32,000 nucleotides of DNA from an uncultured Pseudomonadota bacterium (GCA_963765965.1 CAVXZR010000129.1:36444-68443); one strand, 5' to 3'; numbered from the stretch's first letter, positions 7,933 through 16,190 are shown. The notes: generated from the letters alone by a model not told the origin. Program-made: numbers and translations.

Positions 7933-10463
7933 ACCGGCTGCTACGCGACCTTAGCCGAAATCTCTATAATCCGCAGGCGATTAGTTCCGAACAACTGCTG
8001 TCGGAATTTCTCGACCGCCGGGGTTGTCTAACACGCATTCTGGAGATTTTGCGCCACAACACGCCTGACAGGCCGCAGCAGCATGTGATGTTGCTGGGTC
8101 CGCGCGGCATGGGCAAAACCACCCTGCTCTGCGCCATCCGCCATTCCGTGAGGCTGGATGAGGAATTGTCCGCCATGTGGTTGCCGCTGCAATTTGCCGA
8201 AGAACAGAATAACATTGGCGATCTGGCGGATTTTTGGCTGGAATGTCTTAGTTATCTGGAACAGACTGATTTAAAACGGGTGACGGTGGCCGAGCAGTTA
8301 CGCAACGAAAACCCAGCCGATCTGGCCGAAAAGGCGCAAGCGGCTTTTTTCGGATTGCTGGCGACTACCGGCAAACGCGCCCTGCTGCTGGTGGATAATA
8401 TCAACGACATATTCACCAACATTGATGACGGCCAGGCCCTGCATAAACTGCGAGCACTTTGGATGACCGATCCGCGCATGACCGTGATCGGCGCCGCACC
8501 GAGTTATTTCGAAGAAATCACCTCTGTGGACCAAGCCTTCCACGATTTTTTCAGGGTTTTCTCGCTGGAACGCTTGAATCAACAGGAACTCGAAGACTGT
8601 TTACGGCGCTATGCGGCATTGTTCGGCGACGACAAGGTATTACGGGTTATTGAACAAGCCCCGGAACGCGTCCACGCCTTACGGATTTTGACCGGCGGCA
8701 ATCCGCGCCTGGTGAAGCTGGGTTATCGGGTATTGCAGGAGGGACTGGATGGCGATTTGCGTCAGGATCTGGAACGCTTGCTGGATGAAGCCACGCCGTT
8801 TTTTAAGCACCGTATCGACAGCCTAAGCAAAGAAGCCCGCCGCACCTTCGACGCCATCGCCCGCTACTGGGACCCGGTGAGCGTGGACGACATCCGCCGA
8901 GAACTGCGCAAACCGTCCAACTATGTCAGCGCCCAGATCAAACGCCTGATAGACGACGGTTTTGTCGAGGAAGTCAGCGGCGACAAGAAAAAACGCTATC
9001 AGGTCTGCGAGCGTTTTTACAATGTTTATTATCTGTGGCGGCTAAGCCGCGATGGCCGGAACCGCTTGCGCTGGCTGGTGGGGTTTATGCGGACATTCTA
9101 TAGCCGTAAGGATTATCAGGACTGGAGCAAACGGCTTGAGAAGGAATTGTCCTCCGAGCAGGTTAGCGAACCTGTGCGGGGGGAGAAAATTGCCTTTCTT
9201 CATGCTATGTGTGTAGCGGCAGACGGGGATGAACGTGCGCTTGTCTTTGAAACTTTGGTGCGGGATGCGGTTGCGCATGATAGGGATTGGGAGATTGATG
9301 ATGCGGCCAAGGACGATCCCGTTGAATTTTATGGGTGGCGGTATTTGGCTGCGGAAGTATTGGGATTATTGGATGTGGAAACTCGCCGGACGTTGCGTTT
9401 CCGGCCTGGAAATGATGATTGGTGGCGGCGTTTGCATCAGGTGTTGGGTGAGGCTGGTTTGATGCAGGCTCAGACACGACTAGAGGCATTGGGGGGGTGG
9501 CGACAGGATACGGCTGTTCATGCTATGGCCGCGGGAATGATGTTTCTGTATTTACTTAAGAATATTTCAGCCTCTGAATCAGCTATAAGGAAAGCCATTG
9601 AAATCAATCCGCAATATATTTCAGCTTGGAACAATTTAGGGGTCACACACAACAACCAAGGCCGCCAACTGGAAGCCGAAGTGGCCTTTCGTAAGGCGAT
9701 TGAACTTGATCCTCAGTTTGTCCTTGCCTGGAACAATTTAGGGGGCACACTCGTTAACCAAAACCGCTATCAGGAAGCCGAAGAGAACTGTCGTAAGGCG
9801 CTTGAACTCGATCCGCAGTGTATTGATGCCTGGATCAATTTGGGTGAGTCGCTCCTCTACCAAGGCCGCAATCGGGCAGCCGAAGACGCCTATCGCAAGG
9901 TGTTTGAACTCGATCCGCATATTGCCTATGCCTGGAACGGTTTGGGAGTCACACTCGAAAAACTAAGCCGCTATCAGGAAGCCGAAGACGCTTATCTGGA
10001 ATGTCTAAAACTTGATCCAAAATTTGCATATGGTCATTACAATCTGGCTGGCCTAGATCTCAAAAGCCTCGGACAAAATAATGAAGGCTTATCCCACCTA
10101 ATAGAAGGCTTGTCATTAGCCCCTCAGAATAATAACGGAAAATCCCTGCTAGCCCAACACTGGCAAGCCGCCCTACCCCTTGCCGTCGCTAACATCCTCA
10201 ACCATCAAGCCGGGCCGGAGAATCTGCGCGAGGCCATTACCGACACCCTATTGGCAAAAGCGGCAAGCGGCAAAACCCAGCAAGTCCGGGACGCCCTGCT
10301 TGCGCTGGAAGACGCCGGACAAGCTATCTTCGAACCGCTGCTATTGGCCTTGCAAGCCCTGGAAGATCGGGCCATTCTGTATCGCATCGCCCGCGAAAAA
10401 CGCGATCTGGTGGTGGATGTGATGAAGCGGATTTCCGGGGATGAAAAAATTAATATCCATTGA
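7929..10463 (+). CDS. STAND-like NTPase with central wHTH and a C-terminal TPR array (844 aa)
   Basis: Walker A is LLGPRGMGKTTLL and the Walker-B-like motif is ALLLVDNIND. The wHTH is RRTFDAIARYWDPVSVDDIRRELRKPSNYVSAQIKRLIDDGFVEEV. About five 34-aa TPR units follow (AWNNLG...EAE.A.RKA.ELDP). No recognisable enzymatic effector domain. Confidence 0.75.
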   Translation: MNRLLRDLSRNLYNPQAISSEQLLSEFLDRRGCLTRILEILRHNTPDRPQQHVMLLGPRGMGKTTLLCAIRHSVRLDEELSAMWLPLQFAEEQNNIGDLADFWLECLSYLEQTDLKRVTVAEQLRNENPADLAEKAQAAFFGLLATTGKRALLLVDNINDIFTNIDDGQALHKLRALWMTDPRMTVIGAAPSYFEEITSVDQAFHDFFRVFSLERLNQQELEDCLRRYAALFGDDKVLRVIEQAPERVHALRILTGGNPRLVKLGYRVLQEGLDGDLRQDLERLLDEATPFFKHRIDSLSKEARRTFDAIARYWDPVSVDDIRRELRKPSNYVSAQIKRLIDDGFVEEVSGDKKKRYQVCERFYNVYYLWRLSRDGRNRLRWLVGFMRTFYSRKDYQDWSKRLEKELSSEQVSEPVRGEKIAFLHAMCVAADGDERALVFETLVRDAVAHDRDWEIDDAAKDDPVEFYGWRYLAAEVLGLLDVETRRTLRFRPGNDDWWRRLHQVLGEAGLMQAQTRLEALGGWRQDTAVHAMAAGMMFLYLLKNISASESAIRKAIEINPQYISAWNNLGVTHNNQGRQLEAEVAFRKAIELDPQFVLAWNNLGGTLVNQNRYQEAEENCRKALELDPQCIDAWINLGESLLYQGRNRAAEDAYRKVFELDPHIAYAWNGLGVTLEKLSRYQEAEDAYLECLKLDPKFAYGHYNLAGLDLKSLGQNNEGLSHLIEGLSLAPQNNNGKSLLAQHWQAALPLAVANILNHQAGPENLREAITDTLLAKAASGKTQQVRDALLALEDAGQAIFEPLLLALQALEDRAILYRIAREKRDLVVDVMKRISGDEKINIH

Positions 10464-10465
10464 AT

Positions 10466-10607
10466 CGTAGGGTGGATGCCGACAGGCGATCCACCATTCT
10501 TGGGGCATCAACAATCCGAGCTGACTTCCAACAGTTCCTTTCAATCAAACAATCGGAAAGCTCATTGGCTTCGAAATGGCGGATCGCCTGTCGGCATCCA
10601 CCCTACG
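10466..10607. repeat. REPIN-like element with perfect 27-bp terminal inverted repeats
   Basis: CGTAGGGTGGATGCCGACAGGCGATCC ... GGATCGCCTGTCGGCATCCACCCTACG. A related, inverted copy lies at 12253-12397 and shares the internal CGAAGCCAATGAGC segment. Confidence 0.8.
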
Positions 10608-10736
10608 TTGCTAATTTTTCGCCAAATCCTGACAGTTTAAGTTGACGCCCTCCGTAAGCGGTATAGAATCGGCATATTGGCTTATGGCTATCTGCGGTTT
10701 GATAGTTTCCCGGTTTATTTAATTAAGGAGTGCGTT

Positions 10737-11216
10737 ATGAAAGGCGATAAGAAAATTCTGGAAATTCTCAACGATTTGCTGGCCGGGGAGTTGACTGCTT
10801 CCGATCAGTACTTGATTCACGGCGAGATGTATGCCGATTTCGGTTTGCAGCATTTGGCCGAAAAAGCTTTGCATGAGTCCGAGCATGAACGCGGACATGC
10901 ACGCGCCTTGATCCAGCGCATTCTGTTTCTGGAGGGCGCGCCGAATCTGGCAAAACGCGATGCGTTGAAGATCGGCGGCACTGTTCCGGAGATGCTGCAA
11001 GCCGATCTGGATGTGGAATACCATGTGGTCGGCGAGCTGAAGAAAGCGATTGCCGCCTGCGAAAAGGCCGAGGATTATGTGACCCGCGAGATGCTGGTGA
11101 CGCAACTGGAAGATACGGAAATGGATCATGCCTATTGGCTGGAGCGGCAGTTGCGGCTAATCACGCTGCTTGGACTGGAGAATTATCAACAAAGCCAGAT
11201 GAAACCCGGCATTTAA
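10737..11216 (+). CDS. bfr: Bacterioferritin subunit, ferroxidase-competent type (lacks the Met52 heme ligand)
   Basis: The track ORF is 10677..11216, but the start is set at ATG 10737, which lies behind an AAGGAG RBS. MKGDKKILEILN... is colinear with E. coli Bfr. At the ESIDEMKHA position it reads ESEHERGHA (Glu51 and His54 kept, Met52 to Arg). EMDH is kept at Glu127/His130. Confidence 0.85.
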   Translation: MKGDKKILEILNDLLAGELTASDQYLIHGEMYADFGLQHLAEKALHESEHERGHARALIQRILFLEGAPNLAKRDALKIGGTVPEMLQADLDVEYHVVGELKKAIAACEKAEDYVTREMLVTQLEDTEMDHAYWLERQLRLITLLGLENYQQSQMKPGI

Positions 11217-11234
11217 TCCAGCGAGGATAGCGAT

Positions 11235-11717
11235 ATGAAAGGCGATAAAAAAGTCATCGAAATTCTGAATAAGGTTTTGAAGAACGAATTAACGGCTATC
11301 AATCAGTATTTTCTGCATGCCCGCATGTTCCGGAACTGGGGTCTGGAGAAACTGAACGATTATCATTATAAGCAATCGATCCGGGTGATGAAGGAAGCCG
11401 ATGAGGTAATCGAGCGGATTTTGTTTCTGGAGGGCCTGCCCAATCTGCAAAATCTGGGTAAGCTGTTGATCGGCGAAAATGTGGTTGAATGTTTAAAAGG
11501 CGACCTGGAATACGAGATCAATACCCAGCGGCCCTTGCTGATTAAAGCCGTGGCTTTATGCGAAGAGTTGCAGGATTATGTCAGCCGCGATTTGCTGACG
11601 GAGTTGCTGGAGCATTGCGAAGAAATTATCGACTGGCTGGAAACCCAGCAAAGTCTTATCAAGGATGTCAGCCTGCCGAATTATTTGCAGTCACATATGG
11701 AGCCTGGGGGGGATTGA
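11235..11717 (+). CDS. bfr: Bacterioferritin subunit, heme-binding type (ferroxidase ligands degenerate)
   Basis: [37 protein letters not shown]... is very close to E. coli Bfr. The equivalent segment reads QSIRVMKEA (Met52 kept, Glu51 to Val, His54 to Glu), and His130 is Ile. Confidence 0.85.
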   Translation: MKGDKKVIEILNKVLKNELTAINQYFLHARMFRNWGLEKLNDYHYKQSIRVMKEADEVIERILFLEGLPNLQNLGKLLIGENVVECLKGDLEYEINTQRPLLIKAVALCEELQDYVSRDLLTELLEHCEEIIDWLETQQSLIKDVSLPNYLQSHMEPGGD

Positions 11718-11820
11718 TTGTCTTAATTAATAGTTGCGCGAAGGCTAAGGCCCCTCCAATACTGCCAGCCAACCGAAAAAACTTTCGCCATGAAAAGTTT
11801 TGATGAATAGAGACCTGAAA

Positions 11821-11856
11821 CCTGCGAAATTTTTAAAAAATGTCGCGGGTTTTTTA
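11821..11856 (+). terminator. Rho-independent terminator after the bfr pair
   Basis: CCTGCGA-aatttttaaaaaatg-TCGCGGG followed by TTTTTTATTTTT. Confidence 0.55.
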
Positions 11857-11873
11857 TTTTTAGGATTTGGCGC

Positions 11874-11910
11874 TTGACAACACTCTAAAACTAAATGAGA
11901 ATGCTTCTCA
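11874..11910 (+). promoter_or_regulatory. bfd promoter (TTGACA -35) with an overlapping Fur-box-like palindrome
   Basis: TTGACA at 11874-11879. The palindrome TGAGAA-tgc-TTCTCA at 11896-11910 sits within AAATGAGAATGCTTCTCA, which matches about 12/19 of the GATAATGATAATCATTATC consensus, and it overlaps the -10 region. bfd is classically Fur-repressed. Confidence 0.45.
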
Positions 11911-11937
11911 ACAATTTAATGCAGAGGAGCCGATTCG

Positions 11938-12129
11938 ATGTATGTTTGCTTGTGCCATGCTGTGACTGATAGCGATATCCACCAGGCCGCCAAAAACGGC
12001 GCTACTACGCTCAAGGATTTACGCCGCGAGTTGGGGGTCAGTGTCGATTGCGGCCGTTGCGCCAGCTGTGCGCGTAAATGTTTGAAAACCGCAAACGAAA
12101 ATTTTCTGGGGGATCAGGAAGCAGCTTGA
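11938..12129 (+). CDS. bfd: Bacterioferritin-associated ferredoxin (2Fe-2S)
   Basis: MYVCLCHAVTDSDI...DCGRCASCARKC carries the C-x-C ... C-x2-C BFD-like [2Fe-2S] pattern. It is 63 aa and adjacent to bfr. Confidence 0.85.
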   Translation: MYVCLCHAVTDSDIHQAAKNGATTLKDLRRELGVSVDCGRCASCARKCLKTANENFLGDQEAA

Positions 12130-12252
12130 GTCTGGTTTTTGGCCGGTTATCAAGGTGTAGTATGTGCCGAGCGCAGCAAATCGCATCTTTGTGCGGCTAG
12201 ACGGGGTATTCACCCCACCCGTAACGTTTTATCCATCTTAATGCCACTAGAA

Positions 12253-12397
12253 CCGTAGGGAGGAACCCGACAGGGGTTCCGCCAACTCGAAGCCAATGAG
12301 CGTTCGTCTAGGTCGAACAAAATGACCGGTTGGACATTCGGTCAGGTTTTTCGATAACCCGCGAATTGTGGATCGCCTAGCGGCATCCACCCTACGG
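12253..12397. repeat. REPIN-like element related to 10466-10607 (inverted orientation, one degenerate arm)
   Basis: CCGTAGGGAGGAACCCGACAGGGGTTCC ... GGATCGCCTAGCGGCATCCACCCTACGG. Confidence 0.7.
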
Positions 12398-12444
12398 CCC
12401 TAACCCAACCGCGTGTGTGGCTGGACCCATCCAACATTTTCAAC

Positions 12445-14112
12445 TTATCCCCCCCGCGCCTTTAAAGCCGCCAGCGCATCCCCTGCCGCCGTGCCGGGTT
12501 GCGTAGACGTTTGACCGGCGTTTTTCAGGGTTTCGCTGCCTTGTTGCAGGGCTGCCTGTTGTTGCGCAGCCTGCATCTGCTGCGCCCTTTGCTGCCTGAT
12601 CAACGCCAACTGCCGGCCGGAAACTATCAACCCCGGATCCACCCCCAACTTATCGCTATACACCTCCGCCCACTGATCCGCATCAAACTTATCCAAAACC
12701 TCCGGCTTAGCCTGCGCCACCTGCCCCAAGCCCGACACAAACCGGTCTATGCCGTTAATCGCCACGGCCTTTTGGGCCTGGGCCAGCATCGACACATATT
12801 CGATATTCAAATCGTGGCCTTGCAGTTCCTGTGGCGGCGGCGGCAATAGCCCGGCATTCAGCAGGCGTTCGAACACGGTTTCCAGCAGAGGGTCCAACAA
12901 TTCATTATTAAGGCGCTCGATCACCGGCCCTAGCATCAGCATCTTTTCCTCGTTACGGGCCGCCACTTCTGTTGCTGTCATGCGTTGGTCCTGTTCGGAA
13001 ATCATCATGAACAAATCCGAATAAAACGCGCCATTGATCCGGCCCCGCACATCCTGAATATCCAGCAGCAAGGTTTGCAGATTCAGATTCACTTCGAAAG
13101 CGGTTTTAATGCCTTGCGCAGGCGTCGAGGCGTCGTAATAGCTGATGCCGCCGGGAAAGATTTCGATTTCCCGGTTCTTCATGGAAGCCGGCACTTGCAA
13201 GGGCGGATTGGCCTGATAATCGATGGCTTGCGACTTGCGGAACTGCTGGATTTGCAATTGCTTGATATCGCCCAAAGCTTCCATGCCGGGACTATTGCCG
13301 TAGATATCGCCGCCCTGTGCCGCCCACCTGGGAGCTACGCAGGGAAAGCTTTGATAGCCGGATTCGCGCAGCAACTTGCCCTCGCCGCCGGACAATTCCC
13401 AATAACAGGATTTCCAGGGCATGTTCTTCGCATCCCGTAACCCGCTATCCCGATCCTGGCGCGGCTCGATGGCATGCCGCACCGTGATCCAGCTATCCAG
13501 TTCGCCCCGGTCAAAAGCATTTTGCACCGCGCCGGAACAATTTTCCCGCCCGAACTCTTTAACAATCTCCCCCACCGTCTTATCGAACTCGCGGTATAAG
13601 GTCACCACCTCGCCCTTCCAGTCCGTGGCAATGGCATACTCGCCGACGGTAAAGGCATGCAGATGGATGATGTTTCGATAATCCTCGGCTATCAACGCCG
13701 CGCCGGTGCCGAAAGCGCCCAGTTCTTCATACAGGCTGTGCAGTACACGATACGCGTTGGAACGCGCCAGCACGTCTTCAATGCGCTCGGTCACTTCCGC
13801 CAGCCAAAGCTTGACCGGCTGATACTGCAACAAATCCCGGTCGCTGACCGACAGGCGAAACCAGGGCCGCGAAGGCGATGTCATGCCGGACATCATCCCG
13901 GCCGCCAGCACCCTTAAGGCCCGGGTGGCGGTGCTGTCGTAAATGGCGTTATTGCGTTGCCAGCCTTTATCCCTGTCAGACACGAAATAGCGTCCGTTAC
14001 GCGGCAGCAGATAGCGGCTAATGTCCGACCAATGCCCCCACCAAGTCGAACGCTCTTGCTTAAGCGCCGTCCAGCGTTTATTCAGTAATTCCGTTGCCTG
14101 CTTATTCATCAC
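12445..14112 (-). CDS. Phage portal / head-to-tail connector protein, podovirus (T7 gp8-like) type
   Basis: The 555-aa product has N-terminal ...YLLPRNGRYF...IYDSTATRALRVLAAGMMSGMTSPSRPWFRL. Its C-terminal RMTATEVAARNEEKMLMLGPVIERLNNELLDPLLETVFERLL parallels T7 gp8 RVTAEEIRYVASELEDTLGGVYSILSQELQLPLVRVLLKQL (from memory). It ends in a Q/A-rich tail as in gp8. Confidence 0.8.
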   Translation of the reverse strand: MMNKQATELLNKRWTALKQERSTWWGHWSDISRYLLPRNGRYFVSDRDKGWQRNNAIYDSTATRALRVLAAGMMSGMTSPSRPWFRLSVSDRDLLQYQPVKLWLAEVTERIEDVLARSNAYRVLHSLYEELGAFGTGAALIAEDYRNIIHLHAFTVGEYAIATDWKGEVVTLYREFDKTVGEIVKEFGRENCSGAVQNAFDRGELDSWITVRHAIEPRQDRDSGLRDAKNMPWKSCYWELSGGEGKLLRESGYQSFPCVAPRWAAQGGDIYGNSPGMEALGDIKQLQIQQFRKSQAIDYQANPPLQVPASMKNREIEIFPGGISYYDASTPAQGIKTAFEVNLNLQTLLLDIQDVRGRINGAFYSDLFMMISEQDQRMTATEVAARNEEKMLMLGPVIERLNNELLDPLLETVFERLLNAGLLPPPPQELQGHDLNIEYVSMLAQAQKAVAINGIDRFVSGLGQVAQAKPEVLDKFDADQWAEVYSDKLGVDPGLIVSGRQLALIRQQRAQQMQAAQQQAALQQGSETLKNAGQTSTQPGTAAGDALAALKARGG

Positions 14113-14315
14113 TGGCCCAACAGGGTGTTTTTGCCGAGCTCATTGCCCAGCGCTGTAGTGTCGCCCATGCCGCCGGTGAGTATGGTGCCGTTTTGCGGTG
14201 CTGCATTCTGCGTGGCCGTATCGGCTCTGACAGCCGCCGCTGCCGGAGCTTGCGCATATTGCGGGGGTGGAGGTGGAGGGGGTGGCGCTGCCGGTGCTGA
14301 TCCGCCGAAACACAT
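14109..14315 (-). CDS. Small proline/alanine-rich protein (68 aa) translationally coupled to the portal gene
   Basis: The start is set at ATG 14315, behind a GAGGA RBS. The product is MCFGGSAPAAPPPPPPPPQYAQAPAAAAVRADTATQNAAPQNGTILTGGMGDTTALGNELGKNTLLGQ. Its stop TGA overlaps the portal GTGATG start. Confidence 0.55.
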   Translation of the reverse strand: MCFGGSAPAAPPPPPPPPQYAQAPAAAAVRADTATQNAAPQNGTILTGGMGDTTALGNELGKNTLLGQ

Positions 14316-14527
14316 GATAATTCCTCGCTGTCGTTGATTTGCGGCGAGTGTAGGGATTGCAAAATAAATTATCCGCACTGTTGCAGCCGAAGACGATTTC
14401 GGGTTTGACTTGGCTTAAGGCGGTAATGAATCAAGGCCAACCGGCATGGTTAAGAAAATTATGGTCCGCATTCTCCCGGACCGGGGGAAAGATAATGCTG
14501 AAACCTAGACTAAAGGTATAATCTTTT

Positions 14528-14681
14528 GTAACTATTCAGTGAATTCTTGATACGCCCATCAATTCGATGACATTGAAAGTGTTTTGGTACGCCCCTGGTG
14601 GGTTACGATGCGCCCAACGAATTTAACTTTATCTAAACTCAACGAGTTGCGCATCTAACCCACCCTACGCTGAATAATTAC
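14528..14681. mobile_element. 154-bp MITE, copy 2
   Basis: Perfect 8-bp TSD AATCTTTT on both sides (14520-14527 and 14682-14689). Confidence 0.9.
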
Positions 14682-15347
14682 AATCTTTTTTAGCTTTCGA
14701 AAGAGGATACGGGTTAGGGTTTTTTTTGCGGAATGTCCTGATTCGATTTCTAAAGATCATAAGCACTCTAGTTGTAATCGGGAAGAAATTGCGCCAGGCG
14801 CATTCCCGCCGGTCGAATGGCTAGCCCCCCTAGCGGATAGAAAAGGGACGGCAAGCAACTGGAGGAAATAAAAAAAGCATTTATAAATCAAGCACTAGCC
14901 AACTTAACAATTCTTAATATTTAAATACTTGGGTCAAATCAGCATGCTCTTTATAATATCATATAATTAATCATGAATGAGTAAGCTTAATTTTCATATA
15001 TTGCTGAATTGGATAAGAATCATTTTAAGGGACATGGCACAGTCAATAATCTTTTATCACGCACTGTCATTGCAAAAAACCTAAGTTCAAAAGTCATTTA
15101 ATTTATTTTTAGCCATTCGCAGAAGCCGGAACGGTCTGTGCGTTTCTAATGGGCTACGGATTGGAGGTAAGCAAAATCCGGATATTATGAGTTAGTTTAA
15201 GTTCGGCTTTTAAGCTGAACAGTTACTTTTTTAACTAAAAGCTTTATGGCGGAAGTATGGCCGATCGTGCTCAATATTGTGTCAGCCCGGTTAGTTATTC
15301 AGAATTAACCTGTTTAATACTCCGGTCTTTCTATATATAAAATATTA

Positions 15348-15440
15348 GTAACTATTCAGCGTTGACCAAAGATAGCAAATTACGCCAATATCGTTTCCAG
15401 GCTCGGCGTGGGAACGATGATGCTCCGTGTAGGAACGATG
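15348..15440. repeat. Chimeric repeat sharing the MITE terminus (GTAACTATTCAGCG) plus the GGCGTGGGAACGATG modules
   Basis: Same left terminus as 706 and 6579. The GGAACGATG module is duplicated. Confidence 0.6.
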
Positions 15441-15671
15441 AAACAAACAGGGGACTGAAAAAGTACGGGCGTTGATTTACATCACGGTCTTTCCCAAAAC
15501 GCGATGCCTCTTTTGCACATTTAGCTAAATAACGGAAATTATTTTCTATTTTAAGAAAATTGTAAGATTTGGGTTGTACCCTGAACCGGCCTGCAAGAAC
15601 AAATGTATGTATAAACGCATTTAACCGCTACACCCATTTAACCTTTGACTCAATTTAACAGCAAATTACAG

Positions 15672-15812
15672 ATGGATACGTCATTGCAGAAAGAACAAAT
15701 AAAATCGTTTATACCTTGGGTATTCGATCACTTACGCTTATCGTTCATCAATCCCTGGAAAATGTTGGGATTGGGGTTGCTTATGGTATCGGCTTTAGCT
15801 TTCGGCTGCTGA
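15672..15812 (+). CDS. Small ORF A (46 aa), paralog of small ORF B; conserved SFxPWVFDxLRL core plus a C-terminal hydrophobic helix
   Basis: Below the ORF-track size cutoff. The product is MDTSLQKEQIKSFIPWVFDHLRLSFINPWKMLGLGLLMVSALAFGC. See the finding for the codon-level comparison with ORF B. The SD is weak. Confidence 0.45.
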   Translation: MDTSLQKEQIKSFIPWVFDHLRLSFINPWKMLGLGLLMVSALAFGC

Positions 15813-16190
15813 ACCCGCGTTTGTGGTTTAAACAACGGGATCTTATGTGTAGGTTAGTTACACCTAACCATAGGCTAACAAAATTTTTCAGCTTGTCCGG
15901 TCTATTTGAACCGGGACTATCATCCCATAAAAGGGACTTGCGCCATGCATTGCCATATTTGTCAAAACTGCCAATTTTGTCAGTTTCTTTAATGCCGAAA
16001 AGCAAGTCAGCCTAAATTTACAAGCTATTGATAATTATAAATAAACGATCAGAAGGTGTTTTAGGGCCGGATTAAACCAAACGCAAAGCCCGGTTTACAA
16101 AGCTTTGCCAGTTCTGTCAGCTTTTGATTTTTAGATTTATTCTAGGCTAACAAACTATATAAGATATTGATTTTATTGTTTTATTTATTT

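Noticed and set aside
9042-9489. ORFs of 77-94 aa on both strands within the 844-aa NTPase gene
   Set aside because: They are embedded in a long, motif-supported CDS. Their compositionally odd (His/Pro or Gly/Trp-rich) sequences are typical of off-frame readings.
10677-10736. N-terminal 20-codon extension of the first bfr ORF
   Set aside because: The ATG at 10737 is preceded by AAGGAG and yields the canonical MKGDKK Bfr start. The extension overlaps intergenic DNA right after the REPIN.
12499-13917. Several 86-151-aa ORFs on the + strand inside the portal gene
   Set aside because: They are antisense shadows of a GC-rich, strongly supported 555-aa gene. They are Arg/Leu/Gln-rich with no recognisable domains.
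14094-14362. ORFs encoding poly-Gly (GGGGGGGG) or Arg-rich peptides around the Pro-rich small gene
   Set aside because: They are alternative-frame or antisense readings of the CCN-rich poly-proline tract. Only the frame coupled to the portal start, which has a GAGGA RBS, is plausible.
14700-15340. Possible tRNA, tmRNA or other housekeeping RNA in the ORF-free region
   Set aside because: I found no T-arm (GGTTCGAATCC-like) or acceptor/CCA-compatible ends, and no recognisable RNase P, tmRNA or SRP motifs by eye. I noted only a local hairpin (14779-14809, CGGGAAgaaatTGCGCCaGGCGCATTCCCG). A covariance-model scan would be needed to exclude an ncRNA.
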